Positions 12,631 through 24,781 of a stretch of 64,000 nt of DNA are shown here, in pieces. The notes under the pieces are model-generated. The model was not told the DNA's origin and did not search any database. It saw nothing but the letters and a program-made list of their open reading frames with translations. The translations under genes were made by a program, and so were the position numbers. Every line of letters begins with the position of its first letter. Position 1 is the first letter of the stretch. The DNA lies in the NCBI GenBank assembly GCA_001655205.1, contig LPNZ01008239.1, positions 5,711 through 69,710 of the forward strand, in the 5' to 3' direction. Origin of the DNA: Lenisia limosa (taxonomy: Eukaryota > Protista > Breviatea).

Positions 12631-15600
12631 TTATTGGGGAACAACGTTATCCTCCCAATACCACTCTTCAAGATTAGCCACTGCCATTCTGGTTGTAGCG
12701 TCACGGAGTTCTTTGGTCCTTCCAATTGGGGGCGTGCAGTATTCAGCCTGCAGCGACCTGTTTTCGTTAGTACTAATCAAGCAAGAAAAAACGGTTGGTG
12801 TCAGTTACAATCTTGCCACAAACCGAACAGCCTGGTTAGCAATACGGCAAGTGGAAGTGATAAGGGCAGGGGCGGCGGAAGGATGGAGAAGACAGTGACC
12901 GGAAATGGGCCCGACCGGCGGAACCTAAAATATCAATGTTGACAACTGCCAATATCAAGGATAGAAATGTCACAGAGAGCATAGAAAGTCGTAAAAACAT
13001 CAGAACGTACCCTTGGTTTTGTATGCAGGCATGTGGGCAGTACGTGATTTGCTCGGGTTACAACAATGTGCGCGTCGTTGAACTGAAACATAACGTAACG
13101 GTCTAAGGGGATACTGAACATGATAATGGCTAATGATCAAAGTTCCCCCTCACCTGAGAAGTGATAGTGGTTGGTCTATAAGCCTCATGGTGCTCACTGT
13201 AGATGATGTGCGCAATATCGTTACCAACATGCCGCTTCTACAACACATGAGAACTGGAGATTATGCGTTAGGATTAACCAGAGAAGAGAATATGCGTACC
13301 TTGGAGATTTGCTGGGGGTCGGAGAGACTAGTTGGCATAGACGTGACAATGTGGAACATTGTCTCTTGTTGTCCGGCAGCATGGTAGTGTGAGAGACGAC
13401 CTGTCCAATCAGGATGAAAAGATGCGCCAGAAAGAAATCTCATAAAATGCTGTGGACAAGATGTTGATTCATATTTTCAGAGAAGCCGCCGCCATCATAC
13501 CAGTACTCAACTGCTGCTTGTCCAAGCCGCCAAGGAAACCTGTATGTCGACCCACGTCCACAGGCCAACCCAAACTGTCCATGAATTCACTGAAAGGTCA
13601 GATGCATCTTACAAATGTTGACATCCCCCCCCCCCCCCCNNNNNNNNNNNNNNNNNNNNNNNNNNNNNNNNNNNNNNNNNNNNNNNNNNNNNNNNNNNNN
13701 NNNNNNNNNNNNNNNNNNNNNNNNNNNNNNNNNNNNNNNNNNNNNNGGCGGCCTTGACTGGTGTGCGCGAGAATATCTGGAATATTAAAAAAGGAATAGA
13801 GCCATAGTAGAACGTGAAAAAAGAAACCCCCAACCCTTAGAAAAGACAGCAAGTAGAAAACCATTCCGGCAGACCTTGTCGAGATCTTTCCAGCGTCTCC
13901 ACGCCCGAAGAGTGTTCGAGATACCGGCGTAGGCCTCGCCACTGCGGCGTCCGGTTGACGACTGTTTCAGCTCAGCAATGGTTCTTGGGGCCGTGCGTGA
14001 GTTCGGCGCTATCGATACTCTGAAGAGGTGAGGTATATGCGCCAGGTTCGGTTTTGTTTTTTGATCGCATATTACTACCATTTGTAACTCGTTTGAGTGA
14101 TAAATAAAACATTGATTACACCGCAAAAAACCACTTTCGAAATAGAGAGAGGATTTTAAGCAATACATCAACCCACGAGATTCCCTTCGGCATTGGCACT
14201 GTTGGAATGCCAGAGTCAGAAATCGAGCCTTGGAATACCTAAAGTGTCAAATGAGGCTTTTCTCATGCGACATTGAACAACAATTCACGGTAGTGGAAAT
14301 AAATAAAAACACTTCAACAGTAGAAAAAGAGAACATTCTTAAACAGTAGAAAAAGAGAACAGGCCCTCCAAAAGAGCAGCCCAATAATGAAGGACATACC
14401 TGGGGGGCAACTCTGAGGTAATGCAACAGTGGTGAAAGGGACTGGGGTTTTGAGGGGTTCACAAGAGGCGCAGGGCAGTGGGGGATACAGTCTCCTTCGT
14501 TCATTTCCTGGTTCGTGAATCACTTTGATTCAAAATGGACTCCAACAGTACAAATAGAAAAACACCCAATGTTTCGGAGCTGGGTAAGATATGGACTAAC
14601 AGCCCATAAGAAAACAATACATCATGCTTTCTCACAACCTTCGGGCCTTGACAGTGACATGTTCGATCCCAACAAACCACGGTGCTCATGTCGATGGTAA
14701 TCTCGCCATGGTGGGGGTTGATGATGCGCTGTGGAGGCTGGAAAATGGCTTCTGGCAACTTTCCTGTCATTCTCTGGATAGTGGTGAATACCCTATAAGG
14801 AGATATATTGGAAACACAAAGATATGACCCCCCCCCCCCCNNNNNNNNNNNNNNNNNNNNNNNNNNNNNNNNNNNNNNNNNNNNNNNNNNNNNNNNNNNN
14901 NNNNNNNNNNNNNNNNNNNNGAATGTGAAAAGAGAATGGCTAAAAGTCTCAACATTTGTACACACCTATCTTCGTCATCAGCGCCGCGGCCGTACGCCAC
15001 TGGCTTCTTCTCGTCAACAACCTGGGACCATAACAATAACTTTTGGCAAAGAGCTGTAGCGACTGTCTCAGGTTGGGTGAAATTTTCACTCTCCAAGCAA
15101 ACCGTTTCTTCGGGGCAGGTATCAACAAAACCGTCCTTGTTGACCCAGGTGAATTGGCACTCGATCGACTCACTTAAACTGTCGTCTCCATCTTCCAAAC
15201 TCATGGTCTGGAAGGTTAACGGAACACTGTTAAAAGACGCGGCAAAAGAGTACGCAAGTAAAGCCTAGTTCAAGAGCTTCAGACCTGCATGGCCTCAAGC
15301 CCATCAAGTTCAGTGGTGGATCCTCGGCGCATTGGGCTGGTGTCACGGACAAGCTTCGGTGTTGACGGCAGACATGACTCAATTTCAGCCTTCAATGTCA
15401 CGATAATAATATACTATATATATATTCGGAAGTTATCAAAGCTTTCGATCGTGACATAAAGAAAAACAAGATCTCAAAGCTTTCGATAGCGTGACATACC
15501 GTTTTGAACTCGATTCTACTGAGGCCGCTTGAGCCTCTGCAGTCGACTGTCCAAGACTGGCTGAAGGGCGGGATCAGGTGTGACGGCGGCGTAGTGTCTG

Positions 15601-18600
15601 TGCGGTCAGCAATATGATAGCCTTGTAAGTATTTCTCAACTCCCCCGTCCCCTCAACCCAGCTACACCGCCCCTTTCACCCACCATGGTCCACACCACCC
15701 CTTTCCAGGCATCGCACAATGACACTGTGACTGCCTCGATAGCTGAAAAGTGAAAAGCGTGATGAAGGGAACAAAAGAAGTGAAAGTTGTGAAGAAGAAG
15801 CAGGGGGAACGAGACAATAAGAAGCAAGGGGAAGGAACAGACCTGAGCTGGACCGCCGGCTGGTCTGTGTCGGCGGCACCGGCCGGGAGATGTGGGTTCT
15901 CCGGTCCTGTGAACGTCAGAAATGGTGCATTTTATGGATAGAGTGTCTAGTATCAGTTTTTTCAATCAGTGCCATCAATATGACCTGGTACGCATAGCTC
16001 ACCAGCAAGAGCAGGATTGGGCCAGTGATGGAGCATGAACGTGTTGAGGGTGTGTCGCGCAAGAGCCGCGGTGTTGTCTTGTCTACCCCGTCAATAAAGA
16101 GTATACTGTCACTATTCATAACCTGGAACTCCTTATCTAAACCATGCCCTCCCTCAACAGCCTAACTTGCCGCCCACCCTGCTTCAGCAATGCCAACAAG
16201 AACTTTGAGGATGGTGTCGACAGCAACTACTTGCCCCTAAACTGTCATTCATTGCATTGTACCTCTATCATCTCTTGTGTTGGAAGAGGAAGCCTACCAT
16301 TCTCCATTGCTGCCACGCCTCAATGATAGTTAACGCGAATTGAGGAGAGGAAGCTTGTTCCGCGGCATGTGCTAACCCGGTGCAAGCCGTTTCTAGGGGG
16401 GGGGGGGGGNNNNNNNNNNNNNNNNNNNNNNNNNNNNNNNNNNNNNNNNNNNNNNNNNNNNNNNNNNNNNNNNNNNNNNNNNNNNNNNNNNNNNNNNNNN
16501 NNNNNNNNNNNNNNNNNNNNNNNNNNNNNNNNNNNNNNNNNNNNNNNNNNNNNNNNNNNNNNNNNNNNNNNTCATTTGGCATACCTTTGATTTGCTTGGT
16601 TTCCTCGAGAGCAGCGCCGGACCTGAACGTTTCACCACCCTTCGTGATCCACTGTGCGTATAGAGTCGAGAACACTGTGCCAGCCTGAGAGGTGACTAGC
16701 CAACAACACATCATAACATCATATTCGTAACTGGCCGAATTTATCATCAACCAAGTTTAACCGATTTTGTACCCGGGCACCGTTGAAAGGCATTCGACCG
16801 CTGCCTGAGCTATGCGCGCGGCAGGCTCCAACGACGCCGCAGTTAGTGCATCCAGACTGGGGGGGGGGGGANNNNNNNNNNNNNNNNNNNNNNNNNNNNN
16901 NNNNNNNNNNNNNNNNNNNNNNNNNNNNNNNNNNNNNNNNNNNNNNNNNNNNNNNNNNNNNNNNNNNTTGTCTTTTTGGAAATCAATTGAAACTCCAAGG
17001 CCTACCACAGAGAGCAGTTAGTTGAGATGTCATTAGTGGCAATGAGCGTGGCAAAACACCTGCCAATAGCGTAGAGTGCTTGCAGTCTGCAGAATAATAC
17101 GAAGGAAAGGGAGGTGAGGGCAAAGTGCATTCAAAGAGAGAAGGGGCGTGGAGCGAGGAAGGTAAAAAGAGTCACAGAAGAATAATCAGAATCACAGTCA
17201 AAATAAGGGGGGATATTCGGCATGAGAAAGACTCAGCAGATATTCGGCCTGAGAAAGACTAGGAGATATACGGCCTGAGAAAGACTCACCTTGTTGGCTC
17301 ATCGACTGACGAGTTAGTCACCACACCTCGAAGGCAAGTCAGACACTGGTTGATGGCGTTGTCTCGTGGGATGCCTTAACGGTCAAAATTATAACAAGAG
17401 GAAGTAGCAAGCAAGAGGAATAAACTATTAGGTAAAAAAAAAAAAGTGTATCTACCTCAAGTATAGAAGAAAGCAAATAGTACATAATTCAAGGCTCCAT
17501 TTCTGTCTAAAAAAAAAGTCACACCATTTGGGTTGCCCATGTCAGTTAGTCGGTCAATTTCGTGGCATCCAAGCCAGTCCAGAGCTGCACCCTGGGGGGT
17601 TATACCACCATCAATGTCAACAACACAAAAACAGGGGAGGTACAAACAGTGAATTCGGTGGCGGCCTGGAGGTCTTTGGAGCCGGTCCCAGGTCGCGACA
17701 AACGAATAGCCAATCTGGGGCTGTCAAAAAATGCTCATGTGAAGAGTGTAAAGCCCAAAGAATGCTTATGTGAAGAGTGCCAAGACCGCTCACCTGAGAG
17801 CGTTCAGGAAGGTTAGCGACACGCCTTCCAAAGGCATAAGTGTCAATTTGGAGAGGGACTGCAGACACGTACGAGGATGGACATCTCGCTCTAGACAGTT
17901 GAACCAAAGGAACTGCTACATTCAGTTGATTGCTGTTTTGGGAGGATACATGGGCAAAACGGAGAAATCTAGTAATATGATATGTTACATTTATTTTTAT
18001 TATCTTCTTCAGGACGCAAAAGCCCACGGATAAGATGGTTGATCCAAAGCCTACGAATAAGATGGTTGATGGATAAGAGGCATAGGTCACGAAGGGCTGG
18101 AGGGATGATGTCGCGTGGAAGGGACATCACCAGAGAGACAACAACGTCGACAGCCTAAGCTTAGGTCACCCATTTATAAAGATTAGCTTCACTCCGAGCT
18201 CAAAAAGGCCAGTCAAATAGTGATGATTTGATTAGCCCTTTATCAATTGGCATTTGAGCTTCACTTCGGTTCAAAAAAGAACGGTACAATATCGATAGTT
18301 TTCGAGAATTTATCGAGAAATTCAGTCTATTTTTGAACCGAAGTGAAGCCCTAATTGGCACTAATTGTGTAACCACTGAAAATCCGCACTCGTAAAGAAG
18401 CCTACCGTTTCCAGAAGGGGAGAGTTGCTCAGGCACGCAGCCACTGCCCATCCTACATCGTCATAATGCGACTTCATTTGAAAGGCTCTGTTACAAAGGC
18501 ACATTGAAAAAAATAATGTGTATACTGTTTTTAGTCTGAATAATTATTCCTGCCCCTATGATATGCCTGTACCCTCTAGAAAGATATTAGAAGTTCCCTC

Positions 18601-21600
18601 AAACCGAAAGTTTGCCAAAATGCTCTGATCTGTCCAGGCAGGGACTTGAGAACGGACGATACCGCCACCAGTTCGTAACCCTGGTCAAGGTCCAAAGCGT
18701 TCTGGGGGGGGGGGTGAATGGCTGTATCTGGGTGCTGTTTGTAAAGGACGGAGAGGAAGCGATATAATAGAAATAGCATACCAAAGGCGCAATGACGCGA
18801 GAAGGCGGAACACAATGAGTGTCCATCATTTCATCGGTCCAGAGCCGGCTGCCGTAGTGCTCCGAGCAACTTGCTTCCTCCATGGTAACTGCCTGTCGGA
18901 GTGTCTGGAAAATGCACCCCGTGCCGGCCTGTTCTGAGGCCTCTATCGGGTCGTCGGCCATGAGGCGCAGCAGGAAGGAGAGCATTTTTGAGGACCTGCC
19001 AGAGTCACATGGAGGGCTGATAAGGGCAAATACCATCCCTAAAAAGCAAACGCAATGAAAGTGGAAGGCTCTTTCGAGGGCACAAATGAGCCGTCAGGTC
19101 CGGAGGCGATGACCTTCTGTGAAATCCGAAGAACCAGTTCCTAGGAAGTCAGCTCAAAACAACAGTGAAGAAATCAGAAACGGCTAAGCATCATCACTAT
19201 CATCGAACCTTCCATGCAAGTAGCCCATTGAGAGAGGACCGGATCTTTTCAAAGGATGGGAAGATTTTGTCGAAGAATTCTGGGGTCGCAATCGGGATAT
19301 GAAGAGACAAAAGGTCGAAGAACGTCTAAATTGATCAGCAGCGTAATATCAACGAAAAAAGAAGTGGCAGTTTACCCACATCAACAAGGGAGGAATAGCC
19401 GGATTGGTCAGCCTTTCGGCCCTTTTCGGTCATTTTATCAACAGTTGCAGCAATGATTTGTCCAATACTGATGATCACATACTCCCTGGATAACATAAGT
19501 GGAGGATACTGTTAAACGAGAAATCATCTTCATTCCTACTTGTGCTCATCAGCAACTCTGAGATCATAGATCATGGACATGAACTCACGCACAACCTCGA
19601 TAAGCTTCGGCTGCTTTGCCATTTGGGCAACATCCTGGGGGGGGAGGTTACGTTTCCTTATGCCAAATTATCATATTACGCTTGACAGACTCAACAATGT
19701 ACAAAAAGATAGACAAGAATAGGAGATGTACAATAAGAGCTGACGCTTACAAATTTGAAAAGACAGGTCATTAGGCATTCCAATGACTGGGTAGCACAAG
19801 AAAGCCATTGTGTAACCTCAAAACCAAAGCCAGACTAAAACTTATCAAAAACGGAACTGAGGGGAGAATAGCACAGCAAAATTGGGTAAAATAACCACTA
19901 TTATCATTGCTTTTTCTTTGAAAAGAGAAAATTGGTGATAATAAATGATGATACTTTGAACCATTAGATAATGAGTACAAGAAGCCGGAACAAAAGCAAA
20001 GATATTACCGCTATTTGCTGGGGTAGTAATATTGAGTGGTTCCTGATTTCTATATATGTAGTTCCAACCTTAATCAGCTTGAGAAGAGCTTCAATAGCAG
20101 TACGAATTGCCTACATTAATAAATTGGCCTGAAACTTCATTGCTTTAATAATACATATATCATATCATAGTATATCATATTTAGTGTTTCCCCCAATAAA
20201 ACATTACCAACCTGTGGGTATGACGGGGAGAAGAGACAGAGAATAGTAAGTCCGCGACGGGCCACCTCCAAGTCAGTGAACAGGACCTCACGTAGAACGG
20301 GGTTGCTCACAAGGGCTGACAACAGCCTGAATGGTCAAAAAATTGCTTTGTTGCCCAAAGAGAGGCGCTTGAGCTTACATCACAACTTGAGGCTGAATGG
20401 AAGGAACTATGAAGGCGGAACTCAGGCCAATGTTTGGGGGAGTAAGATGATCCATTGGCAAAAGGCAAACATCAAGAGCGGGATACAACTCTTTCATAAT
20501 CTGAATACATCAAAAGGGGTCTCCAACAGGTGCAGAATAACACAAGCACATACACTGTTAAAAGTCAGGTCAATCCAAAGCTCCTTGCACTGTGCCGTTT
20601 CTTAAGGGTGAGTAAAATAATTACAATAAGCAAATTGGTAGTGAGGGGGGGGGGGAGCAAACAAATGTAGTTTTTTGTGGTTTATTCACTCCCTTGGATT
20701 TCTATGATTTTCAAGTGATTCCCCCACGAAGCTTACTGAGGAATTTATCGAAGATGTTCCAAAGCTCAATGACCTCCTCTCTTTGGACTACTGCCGAAGG
20801 ACGGGGGACCAGAGGCTGTGCTGTGGATGGTGATTGGAGCAAAACAAAGGGAATATGAGGGTTATAAGGGTGATTGGAGCAAAGCAAAGGGAATATGAGG
20901 GTTATAAGGGTGATTATACTATGTTGACCTATTGGAAAGGGGGAAGAACATCATGTTAGGAATAACCCACAGGAGGAACGCTGGGCGACTTAGTCCGATC
21001 CTCGATAAATATTGACACATCTCAGACCCTCTTACGTTGGTCTCCGTCAGCCTCATTCTCGAGCAGGACAAATCGGAGGGCGTTCTCTGCCTGTTTGTCA
21101 ACTCCAGTACCGACAAGATCTACAATGTCAATGCTAAGGGTGAGAGATTGAGCATATTAGCTGTTTGCATCTTCTACAAATAGATACTCAATTTGGCATT
21201 ATTGTAGAAAGATACCGATGTATTTGCAGAGGAGTTCAAGGCCTGCGTTACGAACGACACTGATGTTGCGCGCAGAAACTAATTTACAGAGTACTGTAAC
21301 TAATGCTCGCGACTAAGATTGTCATTTCCAGCCTCAAATATGAGCCTACAAACACAAAAGGAATGAATGCAACAACTTTACTTTGATGAACGCATCTTAA
21401 GCTACTCGTGTACTAACCTGCCATTTTTTCGCAATAAGATCAGGTAACTTCTCAAAAAGCATTGTAAGGATCTTTAAGGCGTTTATGAACTCCTGGATCT
21501 GAAGACATAATGAGAAAACATGAATCCCAAGTGGAGAAACAAGAACTCTCCACAAACAGCCGAGGAACTGGGCGGCTTCGCCTTTGGCGCATTGATTCCA

Positions 21601-21851
21601 AACTCCCAGTTGTTGAACCATGTGTGAAATACCTAGAATGTGAGAAGAAAGGCAAGAAAAAAGGATTCCGACAGAGAAGATTTGGAAAGAGTGGTTGCTG
21701 TAGAGCGAATTCAGATCTGGTGATGAATCTAGATTGTTAATTGATTGAACGGACAAAGCAGTCTCGTACCAAGGTATTGAAGAAGATACTTAAGCCGCTT
21801 CTCGGGCTTAACCGAGACATCAAGGAACTTATCCAGTTTTTTACTTGCCAT
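12631..21851 (-). CDS. RALGAPA: Ral GTPase-activating protein alpha-like (HEAT repeats plus C-terminal RapGAP domain), multi-exon
   Basis: N-terminus MASKKLDKFLDVSVKPEKRLKYLL, LFEKLPDLIAKKWQ, KLVSARNISVVRNAGLELL. Middle EPTRLQALYAIG and AARIAQAAVECL. GAP domain EFMDSLGWPVDVGRHTGFLGGLD, ETMFHIVTSMP, KRHVGNDIAHIIYSEH...FNDAHIVV, VPPVGPISG. All are colinear with RalGAPA1/2 as I recall them. Confidence 0.85.
17212..17289. repeat. 26-27-bp tandem repeat x3 at a RalGAP 5' splice site
   Basis: GATATWCGGCMTGAGAAAGACT at 17212, 17239 and 17265. The last copy ends in the donor (GTGAGTC on the minus strand). Confidence 0.9.
18256..18353. mobile_element. ~100-bp MITE-like element, copy 2 (RalGAP intron)
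   Basis: Inverted termini GCTTCACTTCGGTTCAAAA...TTTTGAACCGAAGTGAAGC(CCTA). It has the same core ATTTATCGAGAAATTCAGTCT. Confidence 0.72.
20829..20915. repeat. 40-bp tandem duplication (RalGAP intron)
   Basis: GGTGATTGGAGCAAARCAAAGGGAATATGAGGGTTATAAG occurs twice with period 40. Confidence 0.92.
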
Positions 21852-22161
21852 ACTGACGTATAACAAGTGAGAAACCCCGAATCAGCCCCGAATAGCCGAA
21901 AATTGGAAACTATATCTGGCAACTATCCGCTAACCGTCATTCAACTTTACTTATAAAACAGGTTTCCGCTAAAAAAACAGCCTTGATGAGCTAAACTAAT
22001 AAATACAGTTAACTACCACTAAAAAATATTGTGTGCAATATTGTCTGTTTGACCTTTTTGACCTTAGAAAGATAACCTAACCGCTTCCTTCCTGAACCGG
22101 AACCTCGTCCCCTTTTCCGTGCTTTATCACGCTGGGAGGATAATTATTATTTTTTAATCCA

Positions 22162-24596
22162 ATGACAGAAGCTATCAGGCAGGTTTGCCAATCACAGCAT
22201 GATCATGGGTCATGCCACCCTTCTCCAATTGTTACCAATGCCATTCATCCTAACAATTAAACCACTGAAACTTCTAAGATAAATGTATTTGTGCTCACCC
22301 TTCAGGCTCCTTTGGTGTGTCCAGGGCACTCAAGACCAGTGGTTGACTTACAGGTAAACTGGGTATCACGTCTTTTGCATTCCTACTCAAATGGGTTCTT
22401 ACACTTATTGCCCCAGTTTTCGAAGCTCCTTCAGCCTGATGAGTTCTATTTGATTTCTGCATGCAAAGGTATGGTTGCAACTCTCTGGAAGCTCGGTTTT
22501 GGTGGTCCATTTCTGACACTGCAGATGGTAACCCTATGATCAGACATGGTGTGACCGGAGACTGGATCGGAACTTTCAAAGTGAGTTCCCTTTAATGCCA
22601 GTGGAAAATAGAAATGAGAGTGTTACAGCTATCATTCAACGTTGATTATAAACCTCTTTACTGATGTGACTCCAGGGCCATAAGGGGTGTGTTTGGGGCT
22701 CGCGCCTGAATCATGATGCTACAGTTGCCGCAACTGCCAGTGCCGACTTCACCTGGTAGGATGATTAAATACTTGGAACACAACTGAGCAAAAAAGACTT
22801 CAGTTTCCGCAGTTTTGGCGATTGTTACAAAGGACCAAATAGGAGTTTCTCTTTCAGAGTCCACAAGCAATATTTATATCAGACATTTCAGACTTTATTG
22901 TGTGGTCAACTTTTATATATATTGTAATTGAGTTATATATTATTTGTTTGTTTCATACATCCCCTTCTTGTTACACCGCTTACTTAACAGTAAAATCTGG
23001 AACGCTGTGTCTGGTGAATGCCTTCATACTTTCGAACACAATCACATTGTCCGTACGTGTAACTTCAACATGGTTTGGGGAGGGGGGTCTACATTGTACC
23101 AGACAGAAATTTATCAGTAATCTCATTGACTTAGGGAGGAGACAAAGTGGTGACAGGAGGACATGAGAAACTAGTACGTGTGTTCGACATCAACAAACCC
23201 GATAGTGAAGTTCTTTCAATGTAAGTTTGGAAGAGGTGCGTGCAAAAAGCTATTTTTACGAATTTGTGAGATGAAAACTGAACAAAATGCTGTCAATTTT
23301 CCCCTTCTTCAAGCGTTTTAATGATAGTTATCGATAGTACTATTAATTATGAATAATGGTGCTAAACTATGGGGTTATATCAATAAGAAAATACTCAATG
23401 TTTATGGGGGTATTTGATTCACCCCCTTAGGCAAGGACATGAAAAGCCAATCAAAGCCCTGATGTTCACTTCCGAAAATAACATCATCTCTGCAGGAGAT
23501 GATCCTTTCTTTGCGTAAGTCTTGCTCCATATCCTCATACCAGTATCATACTACCACCATTTTCCATCGCTCAGCGTTGATGAAATCTTGCTTCGTAAAA
23601 TAACATGACTTCTGAGTTTCGCTCTTTTGTTATATCTTTTTAACATTTCTTTAATTATCGCCTCAACTCTCATTGTCTAGGATGTGGGATATCAGGACAG
23701 GGAAAATTGAAAGGAAAATCGAAACGGCCCCACTCTTGCACAGTGAGGGGTGCTTCTTGATAAGCTTTGGGATAAAGTTGTTGTCAGAATGTCTTGAAAA
23801 TGGTGGTTACTTTTTTTGCCTCGGTTGAAGGTTTAGTTCAACGCACATGGGATGAGAAGTCGATTGTAGTGGCACATGACACTGAGATTTCAGTTCTCAA
23901 TTCCATCAGGTTTGTATTGCCTTATAATATTGCTGATAGTACATTGGGTGTCTATAGTTTTATTTGGTTAATAATGCTGGAAGTTAACTACTTACCGGTG
24001 GAAGGTGATAGTTGATGAATTCAGTCTGGAAAAGGAACAGGCATGGAGTGTTGATGTACAATGCGAGGCCGCTGCTCTTTCTCCGGATAGGTTTGCTGGT
24101 AATTTACTTTTCTAAAAAGAAGCCGCTCTGACAAACCTTATCTTACAAACACTTTAGGAAAGAGTTCATCTGTGGAGGATCAGACTTCTACGTGCATGTT
24201 TTCGACTCAACAACAGGGAAGGAAAGCCGTGAGGGGATGCATATCCTTGACTTGGTTATGAACCTAATATTCATTCCATGTAGAATGCCACAAAGGTCAC
24301 CATGGACCAGTGCATTGTATGCAGTATTCACCAGATGGGGAGATCTTCGCATCTGGGTTGGCTATCCCTTCAAGTATTTCTGACGTAATATTTTAGATCA
24401 GAAGACGGAACCATTCGCCTTTGGCAGAGAACCCCTGGTACTTCATACGGATTATGGACTGGCATGGTAGGGGGGTCTTTTATATGATATCTGTACATAT
24501 CATATATGATATCATATGATAGTACTATATTAATTGTTTGAAGATCTCAAAAATAGGTATTGCCTGTCTCTAACCTTTCAGGAAAAGGTGGAGTAA
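22162..24596 (+). CDS. STRAP: STRAP/Unrip WD40-repeat protein
   Basis: [104 protein letters not shown]...YGLW. Stop TAA 24594-24596. Confidence 0.95.
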
Positions 24597-24781
24597 TTGT
24601 AATAGCTATTATACATGTAATTCTGATACAACAGGAGGCCATACTTCCCATTTCATCCCAATTATAAATATCATACTGTACATTACATTACAAAAGGGGA
24701 CTCCTCTATCACAACATGAGGTGGTGGGATCCTAGATTGATGAGATTGATGACCCAATGAATTGAATCCTGATAAGTCCGA

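Noticed and set aside
16160-16175. Second GC-AG donor candidate (GGCG|GCAAGT, minus strand)
   Set aside because: An ordinary GTTAG donor lies 4 nt away and the phase could not be resolved.
13750-18150. Cys-containing fragments resembling KDZ/CxC transposase, DDE or integrase Zn-finger pieces
   Set aside because: The exons map colinearly onto the middle of RalGAP-alpha (e.g. EPTRLQALYAIG, VDTILKVLVG, RRWKDLDKVC), so they are host-gene exons.
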